In this document: in pieces, positions 1 through 13,259 of the stretch
Layout of the letters: the number at the start of each line of letters is the position of its first letter
Position numbering within the stretch: position 1 is the first letter of the stretch
Assembly: GCA_038087875.1 (NCBI GenBank)
Contig: CM075993.1
Location: 5,458,001-5,522,000 of the forward strand
From: Malacoraja senta
Lineage: Eukaryota
Length of the DNA stretch: 64,000 bases
Direction: 5' to 3'
The notes under the pieces: model-generated
The model's database searches: none
The model's input: only the letters and a program-made list of their open reading frames with translations
Told to the model about the DNA's origin: nothing
Made by a program: the position numbers and the translations under genes

Positions 1-432
1 GTCATGTGTCCCTGATAGGACAATGAAATTCTTGCTTTGCTTCAGCACAACAGAACATAGTAGGCATTGATTACAAAACAGATCAGTGTGTCCATATACC
101 ATTATATAAATATATACACACATGAATAAATAAACTGATAAAGTGCAAATAACAGATAATGGGCTATTAATGTTCAGAGTTTTGTCCGAGCCAAGTTTAA
201 TAGCCTGATGGCTGTGGGGAAGTAGCTATTCCTGAACCTGGTCGTTGCAGTCTTCAGGCTCCTGTACCTTCTACCTGAAGGTAGCGGGGAGTTGAGTATG
301 TGGCCAGTATGGTGTGGGTCCTTGATGATACTGCCAGCCTTTTTGAGGCAGCGACTGTGATAGATCCCCTCGATGGAAGGGAGGTCAAAGCCGACGATGG
401 ACTGGGCAGTGTTTACTACTTTTTGTCGTCAT
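1..432 (-). mobile_element. Rex1/Babar-type LINE 3' fragment
   Basis: Near-copy of 1014-1435 (same 3' UTR and end of the RT ORF). Confidence 0.7.
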
Positions 433-986
433 CTCCAGATGCTGCCTGTCCCTCTGAGTTACTCCAGAATTTTGTGTACCAAAATTAACATAGCTTTTAG
501 TAAATATACTGTACTGATAAATTTTCAATTTTCTGTATCAGTAGCATGTCTCTTTTCAGATGGTTGCACTTTGAACAATTTCCAAAATTTATTGTTGCAA
601 AAGAATTTAAGTGAGTGTCATCCAGTTCAGTTGTATGAGGATGGTTATGCATGTACATACAAATTAAGTTCAATGCTCAGGGGGCAGAACTAATTCAAGA
701 CAGCATACCTCATCCATATAAACGTGTTTGGAAAGGCATGTAATTTATTTTTGGCATTCAAATTGATAAACTATTTTTCCGTGACAACATGCTTTAATTT
801 GCTCCATTCATGAACACACCAACTACTCCAGAATGAGTTTATCCCATTTTAAAAGAATGCTTTGAAGCCACCTTCTTGTGATGAAGGAAATCCCAGAGTG
901 TAGGGAAAAGTGTTAAGGATTCAGATAAAGAAGTATTAACATATGAAGGTATGGCTTTGTATTTCCAAGTCACAGTGTTGGGTAAC

Positions 987-2283
987 AGTCAAGTCAAGTC
1001 AAGAGAGTTTATTGTCATGTGCCCCAGATAGGACAATGAAATTCTTGCTTGCTGCAGCACAAAATATTGTAGGCATAAATACAGATCAAATCAGTGTGTG
1101 CATATACCATAGAATATATATATATATATATATACACACATAAATAAACAGATAAAGTGCAATAGGCTGTTATAGTTCAGAGTTTGTAAGATAGCGAGTT
1201 TAATAGCCTGATGGCTGTGGGGAAGTAGCTGTTCCTGAACCTGGATGTTGCAGATTTCAGGCTCCTGTACTGTCTACCTGATGGCAGTGGAGAGATGAGT
1301 GTGTGGCCAGGATGGTGTGGGTCCTTGTTGATGCTGGCAGCCTTTTTGAGGCGGCAACTGCGATAGATCCCCTCGATGGTAGGGAGGTCAGAGCCGATGA
1401 TGGACTAGGCAGTTTACTACTTTTTGCAGCTTTTTCCGCTCCTGGACGCTCAGGTTCCCGAACCAAGCCACGATGCAACTGTGCACCTGTAGAAGTTCAA
1501 GAGAGTCCTCCTTGGCATACCGACTCTCCATAATCTTCTCAGGAAGTAGAGGCGCTGATGTGCTTTCTTTATAATTGCATCAGTGTTCTGGGACCAGGAG
1601 AGATCTTCGGAAATATGCACGCCCAGGAATTGGAAGTTCTTGACCCTTTCCACCATCGACCCATTGATATAAACGGGCTGTGGGTCCCCATCCTACCCCT
1701 TCTGATGTCCACAATCAGTTCCTTGGTTTTGCTGGGCCAGGTTGAGAGCCAGGTTATTGTGCTGGCCCCATTTGGTAAATCGGTCGATCTCACTTCTATA
1801 CTCTGACTCATCCCCATCAGTAATACGTCCCACAAACAACAGTGGTGTCGTCGGCGAACTTGATGATGGAGTTCGCACTTTGCCTGGCTACGCAGTCATG
1901 AGTATAGAGTGAGTACAGCAGGGGGCTGAGCACGCAGCCTTGAGGTGCTCCCGTGCTGATTGTTATCGAGGATGACACATTTCCACCAATACGGACAGAC
2001 TGTGGTCTGTGAATGAGGAAGTCGGGGATCCAATTGCAGAGGGATGCGAAGAGACCCAGTTCTGAGAGCTTGGTAACCAGCTTGGAGGGAATGATGGTAT
2101 TAAATGCCGAGCTGTAGTCAATGAATAACAGCCTGACAAGTGGTCCAGAGCGGAGTGGAGAGCCAGTGATATCCCATCCACCTTTGATCTGTTGAGGCGG
2201 TAAGCAAACTGCAGTGGGTCCAGGTTTTTGTCGAGGTATGAGATGATTTGCGCCATGATCAGCCTGTCAAAGCACTTCATTAA
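987..2283 (-). mobile_element. Rex1/Babar-type LINE, 5'-truncated, degenerate RT
   Basis: Minus-strand ORF pieces [13 protein letters not shown] and FLGVHISEDLSWSQNTDAIIKKAHQRLYFLRRL; (CTTGA)n tail at about 987-1003; frameshifted. Confidence 0.8.
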
Positions 2284-2623
2284 CAGGGAGGGAATGTACA
2301 AGTGGTGGTGTTCCCGTATGCCTGCTGTCCTTATTTTTGGTGTTAAGGGTTGCAATTTTGGAAGATGCTGTGGGATTAGCCCAGGTAAGTAATTGTGGAA
2401 GAGTTCTCACATTAGCCTCATTAGCTACCTCAGAACCCACAAACCACAGTGGAAGCAAGCCATTCACAATCCTGAGGAACCAGCTCAGGAAAAGAGAATC
2501 ATGGATAGGCTCGAGTTGCAGGTGAGTCACTTGTTTTTCATCTGCTCTTGTAGCCATGGTATCTATTTGGCTGGCCTAGTTGGATTTCTAGTCAAATATG
2601 ATGCCCAATATGTTGATGGTAGA

Positions 2624-2713
2624 CAAAAAGCTGGGGAAACTCAGCGGGCGAGGCAGCATCTATGGAGCGAAGGAATGGGTGACGTTTCTGGTCGAGACCA
2701 TTCTTCAGACTGA
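2624..2713 (-). mobile_element. Penelope-derived short element with 20-bp flanking direct repeat
   Basis: Matches the window-wide Penelope terminal repeat; cccaatatgttgatggtaga occurs at 2604-2623 and 2714-2733. Confidence 0.75.
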
Positions 2714-3809
2714 CCCAATATGTTGATGGTAGAATACTTTTGGTAAAAATTACCAATGATTATCAGAGGTAGATGACTACACTCCTTCTTGTTTGAAATG
2801 ATCATTAGCCAGTACCTCTGTATTTCGAAGATTCATTTACAATAATCTTACAGACATATTCCTCCTGATGCCCATCCAGGACATTCTCTGGATTTGCCTC
2901 TCCATCTCCCGACTGTTGAGTCAATCTCCCCACTGTCACACTGAGCCAAAGACACCTTGAACTGTTTTGTGCACAAGGTGAAATTCTCTGTTACTATTTT
3001 TGAGAAATCTCTGCTTAAAATTCTATGAGTAACCGTTTAAAAGCTCTGCAAGTATCATCACTGAAAGGCATTCATGTTCTGTTGCCATTAGTAATAACCT
3101 GAGTAGGTGTTTTGGTTAAGTCAGGAATCTTTGGCTTGCAAGTTTAACGTTTTGGACAACAGAAATCTGGAACAGAATGCATCTCTTTGTTTATGTAAGG
3201 TAATATGTGTCAATATGTAGCACCATCTGCTGTGTGGAAATGAAAGTGTTTAATACAATTTTCAATGATCCTTGATTCAGAGTGAACATTGGTGTTGTTA
3301 TTGGAATATTATTTCCACCTGTACAGAGATGCAGTGAAAAGCTTTTTGTTTGTTCATATCCTATCAAATAAAATCATACTATAGATGAGTACAATCAAGT
3401 CATACACATGTACAGCAGGTAGTGTAAAGAGGAAAATACCAGAGTGCAGAATACAGCATTAGAGCATTACACTTGCAAAGGAAAAGTTTGCAATGAGGTA
3501 GGTTGGAAGATCGGGCCTACACCCTATTTTATGGGAGCACTGTTCAGTGGTCTGGTAACAGGGAAGAGTAGCTGTTCCTGAATCTGGTGGTATATGCTCT
3601 CAGTCTTTTGCATCTTCTCCCCAAGGGAAGAGGGAAGAAGAAGAAATAACTGGGTGAGAAAGGTTCTTGATTATGCTGCTTGCTTTCCCAAGGCAGCGTG
3701 ACATGTAGATGGAGTCGATGGTGGGGACACCGGCCTGTGAAATGGACTGGGCTACACAAGTCTAGGTAATTTCTTGAAAGGAATAGATCTTTTACATATT
3801 TTTCAGCAT

Positions 3810-4170
3810 TTCAAAGTACTTTAGAACCAATTAAATACTTCTGAAGTGTAGTCAACGTTGCAATTTTGGCAATACTGCATTCATTTTGTACACAGCAAGC
3901 TCCCATAATTAACAGTCAGATAATGATCAGATAATCTGTATTAGGGATTTTGACTGTGAGATAATTATAGGCATGACAACAGGGATAGCTTCACTACTCT
4001 TCAAATGATACCATGGCACCTTTTACATTTTAATTAACACTTCTGTCAGGTCATACCTTCCACGCCCCAGTAAAGCATCAGCCTGGAATTTTGTGCTGAA
4101 GTTGCTGCAGTGTAATTTGAACCTCCAACCTTCTGACTCAACTCTTACCAGGTGAGGCACAGCCGACACC
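3810..4170 (-). mobile_element. Old DeuSINE (SacSINE1-like) remnant
   Basis: Deu-domain-like sequence (tacttctgaagtgtagtca...cacagcaagctcccata...cagataatctg), recognised from memory. Confidence 0.55.
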
Positions 4171-4679
4171 TGACACGGGAGGGTCACTAGTCATCTTGCA
4201 AAGCAACCTTTAAAAATTCATGTTTTAGAATTATTCTGATTTTCAAGTTGGCTTATTGTTAGAGTATAATACTGTCTTCGAGATTTTCCCACCTTTGTAT
4301 GGGAATTTTGTTTGTGCAGGGGTAAATATCCACTGATTAATTATATATGGCTACTGTATATAAACATAGAAGTGAAAAGGCTTCATGATTGTGCATTGCC
4401 TGATTATCTATAAAATATCTGCAAAGAAGAGCACACAATAGACAATAGGTGTAGGAATAGGCCATTCGGCCCTTCGAGCCAGCACCGCCAATCAATGTGA
4501 TCATGGCTGATCATCCCCAATCAGTACCCCGTTCCTGCCTTCTCCCCGTATCCCCTGACTCCGCTATCTTTAATAAAGCATCACATAATAAAACATCACA
4601 TTTAATAAAGACACACACATACACATGCACGAAACAAGTTGTATCTTTGTGGCGTACTGAACACAAGAACAATATTCGG

Positions 4680-5549
4680 TGGGTGGCGCGACTCTCGTCA
4701 GCAGCGGCCTCTGCAGTTCGTCTGTCTTTTTATTATTTTTGTCTCGTTTTTATTATTTTTTTTGTCGGGGTATGTGTGTGGGGGGGTGGGGGAAACTTTA
4801 AAATCTTTCCCCTGCACGGGAGACCCGACCTTTTCTTTGTCGGGTCTCCGTTGTCGTTGGGGCTGGGCAACGTGGAGCGGCCTCCAGCAGGAACGACCTG
4901 GGGCTCCAGTTGCGGAGCTGCGGACTACTCACCGTCACGGGGCTGGCCGAGTCCGGAGCGGGTGGAGCTGTGGTGGAGACAATCGCTGCTGCTACCCGAC
5001 CCCCGGAGATTCGGAGGCTACAACCGCGGGTCTGGCGGACGGCAACACCGTAAGCCCGCGGGTCCCTGGGGGGAGACCGCTTTTCGGGGCTTCCGCAGCG
5101 GCGACTTCTCCCGCCCGAGTTGCGGGGTTGAAGAGCACCTGGAGCGGGGCTTTACATCGTCGCCCCGCGCGGCTTGGAGTGGCCGCGGTCCTTTGCGAGC
5201 ACGCGCCGGGGCTCTAACACCAAGACCCGGTGCGCGACCTTGCATTAACCGGCGTGGCTTTAATGGCCGCGGGATAATCACCATTGCCCGCCGGGGGCTT
5301 TGACTTTGACTCTGACATCGGGGGTGGGGGGGGGGGGGGGGGGGAGTGCAGTGGAGAGATACGTTTTTTTGCCTTCCATCACAGCGCTGTGATGGATGTA
5401 TGTGTAAATTGTGTTGTGCCTCGGGTCTTCTTCGTTTTGTAATGTATGGCTGCAGAAACGATATTTCGTTTGGACCTCAACGGGGTCCAAATGACAAATT
5501 TGTCCAAATGACAAATAAATAATAATTGAATTAATTGAATTGAATTGAA
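4680..5549 (+). mobile_element. CpG-rich non-autonomous retroelement with a Rex1-like 3' tail
   Basis: Starts gggtggcgc (similar start at 63904); GC-rich core; ends aatgacaaataaa...(TTGAA)n like a LINE tail. Confidence 0.5.
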
Positions 5550-8389
5550 CACAGTTAACCATCTCAGAGTCGTACAATTATACCAAATATGACATTGAGC
5601 CATAAAAGGAAAACAGCTTGGTCGGAATGGTCTTAAAAGGGGTAAGAAAGATGGATAAACAGAGACTTATCGAGGAATTGAGAGCTAAATCCCTTGGCTA
5701 CCTGTGGGAGGTTACGTTTGGGAATAATCAAGAGGCCAGATCTAATCTCCTGATATTGGACATGACTGAAATAGGATCAACTTAAAATTAAAATTAAAAC
5801 ACTGCTTCATTGGGACCCAAATAGATCAAGAAGCACAGGGGTGACAGGCAAATGTGAATAATGAGGGCAATGTCAGCATGGTTTTGGATGAGGTGACATT
5901 TAGAGGAGGTAGCAAGGAAGGCATTGTTAAAATCAACTTCAATGCAAGAAGGTTTGGATGAAGGTAAGGCAGTGAAAATAGGTGGTTACAGGTGATGGTG
6001 ACAATAGGTGATTGTGGTGATAACGTGAAGGTGAAGAGAGTCAAGAGTTTAATTGTTGTATGCACTTGAAACAGAACAATAACAGTTTTATCCGGTGCAT
6101 ATAATTAAATATTTGTGACTTTCTTGATCCTCATCCTGTCACCAAAACTACCTATTGTCACTATAAGCAAAGCACAAAATGCTGGAAGAACTCAACAGGT
6201 TAGGCAACATGTGTGGAGGGAACGGACAGGCAACATTTTGGGTTGGGACCCTTCTTCAGACTGAATGTGGTATTGGGGTGAAAGCTGGAAAGCTCTCGAG
6301 GGAGGTGGGACAGAGCTATAACACCATGACTAGGTCATCTTGGGATCGAACGTGACATCAAGGTTATATAAAATCCAGTTAATTTTAAGCAAAAGGATAT
6401 TGTCAGAGTCCAGAGAACAGAATGGGTAACAGGGACTAGTTTAGTTGATTGTCACATGTACTGAGGTACAGTGAAAAGCTTTTGTTGCATGTTAACCAGT
6501 CAGTGGAAAGGCAATACATGATTACAATCGAGCTATTCACAATGTACCGATACATGGTAAGGGAATAACGTTTAGTGCAGAATAAAGCCAGTAAAGTCTG
6601 ATCAAAGATAGTCCGAGGGTCACCAATGAGGTAGAAAGTAGTTCAGGACTGCTCTTTAGCTGTTGAACCAAAGACAATGACTTCAGCTTCCCCAATATTT
6701 AACCAGAAGAAACCTCTTCTCAAATGGTATTGAATGACAGACAAGTGATAGACTTGCAGACATGCACACATTTTTCAGCAGATCACTGGACAGCTATTAA
6801 GAGTGGGAATCTGGCTGATTGCCTCCAACATAACTCAAGGCCAAGTAGGATGGCCTTGGCTGAGATTCACTCGTTCTGTAAAGTTTGGGAAACAAATCTG
6901 GTCTTTATTGCTCAGCACCCCACTTAACCAAGTGAGGCACCAGGAAAATTCTCAACCTATGTGAGTGGAATTAATATTTGGAAAAAAATACGCAAGTGGA
7001 AAGCAATGACTAAACAAAATTAACTATATGCCCTTTTTAAAACTCTGCATCAACAAACCCCCATCAAATTCCCTCAGCATTCATTTAATTTTAAGGAAGC
7101 ATACAGTCCAAGAAAAAAGGTTTGAACAGCAACCAACCCTTCTTCTTCTTCTGAAGGGTCTCGACCCGAAACGTCGCCCATTCCTTCTCTCCAGAGATGC
7201 TGCCTCACCCGCTTAGTTACTCCAGCATTTTGTGTTTACCTTCGATTTAAAACAGCATCCGCAGTTCCTTCTTACACAAACTATGAGAATTATCTGCCTG
7301 ACTAAGGGATTGTCTGATCAACTTGTTGTTCGACCAGGTTTTACCTCGAGGGATTTCCACTGCAACTACTTAACAAAAATAAACCTTAAACAAAGGATTA
7401 GTCTTCATCATAGATGACTGCTCCGATGCTTCATTGAGTTTACCGAGTGACGAGCCATGCCTGGAGGGTCCCGTGTTTGATTCTCATCTATGTTGAGGTG
7501 ACTGATCCTAATTGGCATCTGTGTATGTATCCGGGGTTGGGACGGGTAAATCAGGCAGGTTTCCTGTTCCTGATTACTATCCAGTGACCCTTACTGCAAA
7601 GCAGGATCATTTCGGATTGGGACTGTCTACGATGACTGTTCCTACAGGCAGTCCATGCATTCTCACATATAAAGAATCACTACTTTTAACTCGAGGATAG
7701 GGATTAGCTGTCAACGTGCAGTAACAACAACAAAATAAAATGCCTGCAGGACAGGAAAGGAGAAAAATCAGTGAGAAAATGATGGGAAAAGGTTTCTGTG
7801 AAAATGACAGGGGCGTCTTAAATTAATGGTGGTGCATTACAAGATTTGGATACATTCACATGATTTCTGTATAAAGTTAGATTCCTCTGTTCCAGAAACT
7901 GCCCTCAGGCAAGAACACATCACAAATAAGCTTTCAGGTATAACTGGGTAGATATATTTTAATTGAATAAAAACTAGCTATCTTAAAATCCCCACAGGAA
8001 GTCTTTGTTACTTTTACCTAATTTGACCATCAAGTAACCTCCCAAAGACAGTGGTTGCTATTAGGGTCTGTACCACAGATCCTGGCTACTGTCCCATACA
8101 TCACCCAAGATGATTTCTTCATGTGTGGCCTGAAACACTGAGTGTCAATTGAGAACTGACTGAGAAGCTATCACAGCCAAATTAGATCTCTCCTTCACTT
8201 AATGTCCACCATTGAACACATTCTATCAGGCGTTACACAGTCTGGTAAGAAGAACTGGAGGTTTTTTTTGCTTTTGTTTACTTTCCAAATAAATGCCCCT
8301 TCTCATTTTCTACCCTTGTCTACTGTAGGACTCCATAGAGCCACAAAACACAGTTTCTTCACCATTGACCTACAGTTAGCTTTGGCTCA

Positions 8390-8545
8390 GGGGGAGGCAT
8401 TCTAACCTCTGAATCATAAGATTGTGAGTTAAACCACTCATAATTCAGGTCAACCTTTCAGTGCATTACTGAGGAAGTGCTGTACTGTTAGGTGTGCTGT
8501 ATTTCAAGTGAAATATTGAGTGAAGACCCTTGATGGATGTAATCT
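8390..8545 (+). mobile_element. Old DeuSINE (SacSINE1-like) remnant
   Basis: cagtgcattactgaggaagtgctgtactgt...gtatttcaagtgaaatattgag resembles the shark DeuSINE head and body. Confidence 0.5.
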
Positions 8546-9589
8546 AAGATGAGCCTCTGGCTCTACAAATTTCTCAATTGCATATGCAGTACCTTTCGAA
8601 AGGTTAGTGTTGAATGGTTCTTGAGCAAGCATTTTTCAATGAGCAAAAATTCAGAGGTAATGTGAAGCAAGTCTCATGTAGAGTGAACAATTATAATATT
8701 TTATTTGAAGTCAATGCAAAATAATTTACCGGTATTCCACATTACAGTTACAATGTTTGGCTAGAGAAACTGGGATTGTTCTCCTTGAAGCAAAATAGGT
8801 CAAGATAAATCAAGTTCATTGTCATATGCACAAGTACAGTGCAAGAATTAGGTCATTCGGCCCATCAAGCCTTCTGTGGCAAAGAATTCCACGGATTCAA
8901 GAACCTCTGACTAAGAAATTCCTCCTCATCTCCTTCCTAAAGGAACGTCCTTTAATTCTGAGGCTACAACCTCTGGTCCTAGACTCCCCCACTACCCCCA
9001 CTAGTGGAAACATCCTCTCCACATCCACTCTATCTAGGCCTGTGGAATTCATCGCCACAGAAGGCTGTGGAGGACAAGTCAATGGATATGTTTAACCATA
9101 TCTCAAAGAAATGTAAAACCCTAGACGGAAGGGAGCAAAGATGTGGTGAAGGGTTCAACAGCAGGAGATGAGGTTGGGGTGCCAGAGGTAAAGAGGTCAG
9201 AGGGTGGTGAATCTGTGGAATTCATTGTCACAGAAGGCTGTGGAGGGCGAGTCAATGGATATTTTTAAGGCAGATAGATTTTTGATTAGTACGGGTGTCA
9301 GGGGTGTTGGGGAGAAGGTAAGAGAATGGGGTTAGGAGGGGAAATAGATCAGCCATGATTGAATGGCCTTGTAGACTTGATGGACCGAATGACCTAATTC
9401 TGCTCCTAGAACCTATGAAACCAACAATGGATTTATCATTGAAGACTGTCTCCAGGCATATATTCCCTCCTCTATCCTTGAGTGGGCCAACCCACACCAT
9501 ATTTCAAATGAATGTACAATTCTAGAGTGAAGGAAGCAAAGATGTGGTGAAGGGTCCACCAGTAGAGGAGAAGGTTGTGGCTCCAGAGG

Positions 9590-9789
9590 NNNNNNNNNNN
9601 NNNNNNNNNNNNNNNNNNNNNNNNNNNNNNNNNNNNNNNNNNNNNNNNNNNNNNNNNNNNNNNNNNNNNNNNNNNNNNNNNNNNNNNNNNNNNNNNNNNN
9701 NNNNNNNNNNNNNNNNNNNNNNNNNNNNNNNNNNNNNNNNNNNNNNNNNNNNNNNNNNNNNNNNNNNNNNNNNNNNNNNNNNNNNNNNN
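9590..9789. other. Assembly gap (200 N)
   Basis: Run of exactly 200 N that cuts off the 3' end of a CR1 LINE. Confidence 0.99.
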
Positions 9790-12775
9790 TCTAGCCTGTC
9801 CAACCCCATAAGAATTTTGTACGTTTCTATAAGATCCCCTCTCAATCTCCTAAATTCTAGCGAGTATAAGCCAAGTCTATCCAGTCTTTCTTCATATGAA
9901 AGTCCTGACATCCCAGGAATCAGTCTGGTGAACCTTCTCTGCACTCCCTCTATGGCTATAATGTCCTTCCTCAGATTTGGAGACCAAAACTGTACTCAAT
10001 ACTCCAGGTGTGGTCTCACCAAGACCCTGTACAACTGCAGTAGAACCTCCTTGCTCCTATACTCAAATCCTCTTGCTATGAAGGCCAACATACCATTCGC
10101 TTTCTTCACTGCCTGCTGCACCTGCATGCCTACTTTCAATGACTGGTGTACCATGACACCCAGGTCTCGCTGCATCTCCCCATTTCCTAATCGGCCACCA
10201 TTTAGATAATGATCTGCTTTCCTGTTTTTGCCACCAAAGTGGATAACCTCACATTTATCCACATTATACTGCATCTGCCAAACATTTGCCCACTCACCCA
10301 GCCTATCCAAGTCACCTTGCAGTCTCCTAACATCCTCCTCACAGCTAACACTGCCCCCCAGCTTAGTGTCATCCGCAAACTTGGAGATGTTGCCTTCAAT
10401 TCCCTCATCCAGATCATTAATATAAATTGTAAATAGCTGGGGTCCCAGCACTGAGCCTTGCGGTACCCTACTAGTCACTGCCTGCCATTGTGAAAAGGAC
10501 CCGTTTACTCCTACTCTTTGCTTCCTGTTTGCCAGCCAGTTCTCTATCCACATCAATACTGAACCCCCAATACCGTGTGCTTTAAGTTTGTATACTAATC
10601 TCTTATGTGGTACCTTGTCGAAAGCCTTCTGAAAGTCCAGATACAACACATCCACTGGTTCTCCCCTATCCACTCTACTAGTTACATCCTCGAAAAATTC
10701 TATAAGATTCGTCAGACACGATTTACCTTTCGTAAATCCATGCTGACTTTGTCCAATGATTTCACCACTTTCCAAATGTGCTGCTATCCCATCTTTAATA
10801 ACTGACTCTAGCAGTTTCCCCACTACCGATGTTAGACTAACTGGTCTGTAATTCCCCGTTTTCTCTCTCCCTCCCTTCTTAAAAAGTGGGGTTACGTTTG
10901 CTACCCTCCAATCCTCAGGAACTACTCCAGAATCTAAAGAGTTTTGAAAAATTATCACTAATGCATCCACTATTTCTGGAGCTACTTCCTTAAGTACTCT
11001 GGGATGCAGCCTATCTGGCCCTGGTGATTTATCGGCCTTTAATCCATTCAATTTACCCAACACCACTTCCAGACTAACCTGGATTTCACTCAGTTCCTCC
11101 ATCTCCTTTGACCCGCGGCCCCCTGCTATTTCCGGCAGATTATTTATGTCTTCCTTAGTGAAGACGGAACCCAAGTAGTTATTCAATTGGTCCGCCATAT
11201 CCTTGTTCCCCATGATCAATTCACCTGTTTCTGACTGCAAGGGACCTACATTTGTTTTAACTAATCTCTTTCTCTTCACATATCTATAAAAACTTTTGCA
11301 GTCAGTTTTTATGTTCCCTGCCAGTTTCCTTTCATAATCTATTTTCCCTTTCCTAATTAAGCCCTTTGTCCTCCTCTGCTGGTCTCTGAATTTCTCCCAG
11401 TCCTCTGGTATGCTGCTTTTTCTGGCTAATTTGTACGCATCATCTTTTGCTTTGATACTATCCCTGATTTCCCTTGTTATCCACGGATGCACTACCTTCC
11501 CTGATTTATTCTTTTGCCAAACTGGGATGAACAATTTTTGTAGTTCATCCATGCAGTCTTTAAATGCCTTCCATTGCATATCCACCGTCAACCCTTTTAG
11601 AACTAATTGCCAGGTAATCTTGGCCAATTCACGTCTCATACCCTCAAAGTTACCTTTCTTTAAGTTCAGAACCGTTGTTTCTGAATTAACAATGTCACTC
11701 TCCATCCTAATGAATAACTCAACCATATTATGGTCACTCTTGCCCAAGGGGGCACGCACAACAAGTCTGCTAACTCATTACTCAATACCCAGTCTAGAAT
11801 AGCCTGCTCTCTCGTTGGTTCCTCTACATGTTGGTTTAGATAACTATCCCTCATACATTCCAAGAAATCCTCTTCCTCAGCACCCCAGCCAATTTGATTC
11901 ACCCAATCTATATGTAGATTGAAGTCACCCATTATAACTGTTTTGCCTTTGTTGCACGCATTTCTAATTTCCTGTTTGATGCCATCCCCAACTTCACTAC
12001 TACTGCTAGGTGGCCTGTACAGAACACCCACCAGCGTTTTCTGCCCCTTAGTGTTTCGTAGCTCTACCCATACCGATTCCACATCCTCCAAGCTAATGTC
12101 CTTCCTTTCCACTGCGTTAATCTCCTCTCTAACCAGCAACGCTACCCCACCTCCTTTTCCTTTCTCTCTATCCCTCCTGAATATTGAATATCCCTGGATG
12201 TTCAGCTCCCAGCCTTGGTCACCCTGGAGCCATGTCTCCGTGATCCCAACTATATCATAATCATTAATTGCTATCTGCACGTTCAACTCATCGACCTTAT
12301 TACGAATGCTCCTTGCATTGAGACACAAAGCCTTCAGGCTTGTTTTTACAACGCTCTTACCCCTTATACAATTATGTTGAAAAGTGGCTCTTTTTGATTT
12401 TTGCCCTGGATTTGTCTGCCTGCCACTTTTACCTTTCACCTTGCTACCTATTGCTTCCGCCCGCATTTTACACCCCTCTGTTTCTCTGCTCACCCATTTA
12501 AGAACCCCACCACCTCTTATTCTCTGTTTATAATTGTTTTCTTCTTTCCCCCCTACATGTTGGGGTCTGAGTGCTTTCCTTCTCTGCCTCCTGAGCCTCA
12601 CACACCGTCTAATAGCATTCTCTATTTGAGTCCCTCCCCCCAACCATTCTAGTTTAAAGTCTCCCCAGTAGCCTTTGCAGATCTCCCCGCCAGGATATCG
12701 GTCCCCCTCAGGTTCAAGTGCAACCCATCCTTTTTGTACAGGTCGAACCTTCCACAAAAGAGGTCCCAATGATCC
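9790..12775 (-). mobile_element. CR1-clade LINE (HER1-like), near-complete ORF2 (APE endonuclease + RT), disrupted
   Basis: ORF 11666-12769 has APE motifs (LNARSIRNK, GITETWL, MGDFN). ORF 9996-11759 has RT motifs (PQGSVLGP, FADD). Frameshift near 11770; premature TGA at 9996 (LEY*VQFW). Confidence 0.95.
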
Positions 12776-12990
12776 AATGACCCAAATTCAGGTTTGGATT
12801 CATTTCAAGAGGAAAGTCAATGCAAAAGGGAAGCATTTGACAGGCCTTTTTATATCATGGATATTTTTGTGATTAAATATGTCTCTCATTGTTTTAATGC
12901 TAGAATTTCTTGCAAAGTTGAGTTGGTTCTGTACCCAGCCGCCCTCCCTGTGTTGTGAATGGTGATCTCAGATCCTTATTGACATTGCCT

Positions 12991-13003
12991 GTTGCTTGGC
13001 TAC
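12991..13003 (+). promoter_or_regulatory. Candidate RFX X-box upstream of TTC23
   Basis: GTTGCTTGGCTAC plus a half-site GTTGCTATG at 13017, about 190 bp before the putative ATG, in unique sequence. Confidence 0.35.
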
Positions 13004-13188
13004 CAAGGCCTAGTGCGTTGCTATGCACAAGTGAAGCGCGGGTCGAGTTACCACTGCAGTGTTTAGCTTCTTGCAAAGTATTTTACTCTCCGTTTAACAC
13101 CTTTCTGACCCTTAAAAGTGCTCCAACGAGTAAATAAGTTGTTCATTAAATTAAGGTGGAATTGTTAAGCATTTAATTTGTTTTAATT

Positions 13189-13259
13189 ATGAGTAGCACA
13201 GAGGAGGATTTGAACAGTGAGGGTTCATCCCGAATATATTCTCCAGGAGCAGAGACACA
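13189..13259 (+). CDS. TTC23: TTC23 putative coding exon 1 ([23 protein letters not shown])
   Basis: ATG at 13189; strong donor CA|GTGAGT; phase 2 fits the acceptor at 14580. No homology support. An in-frame ATG at 14545 is an alternative start. Confidence 0.5.

Noticed and set aside
4497..5303. 268-aa and 192-aa ORFs
   Set aside because: They begin in a CR1 tail and cross a GC-rich repeat; no recognisable domain.
7896..7937. Possible non-coding TTC23 5' exon (ttccag|...cag|gtataa)
   Set aside because: Weak donor, no supporting evidence, and separated from the gene by the assembly gap.
9096..9589. Diverged 95-bp direct repeat at 9096-9188 and 9496-9589
   Set aside because: Most simply old repeat fragments next to the gap; nothing suggests function.
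9522..10209. ORFs spanning the N run
   Set aside because: Artefacts of translating the gap, or antisense frames of CR1.
1..13100. LRRC28 exons expected head-to-head with TTC23
   Set aside because: No LRRC28-like peptide recognised on the - strand; it may lie outside the window or across the gap.
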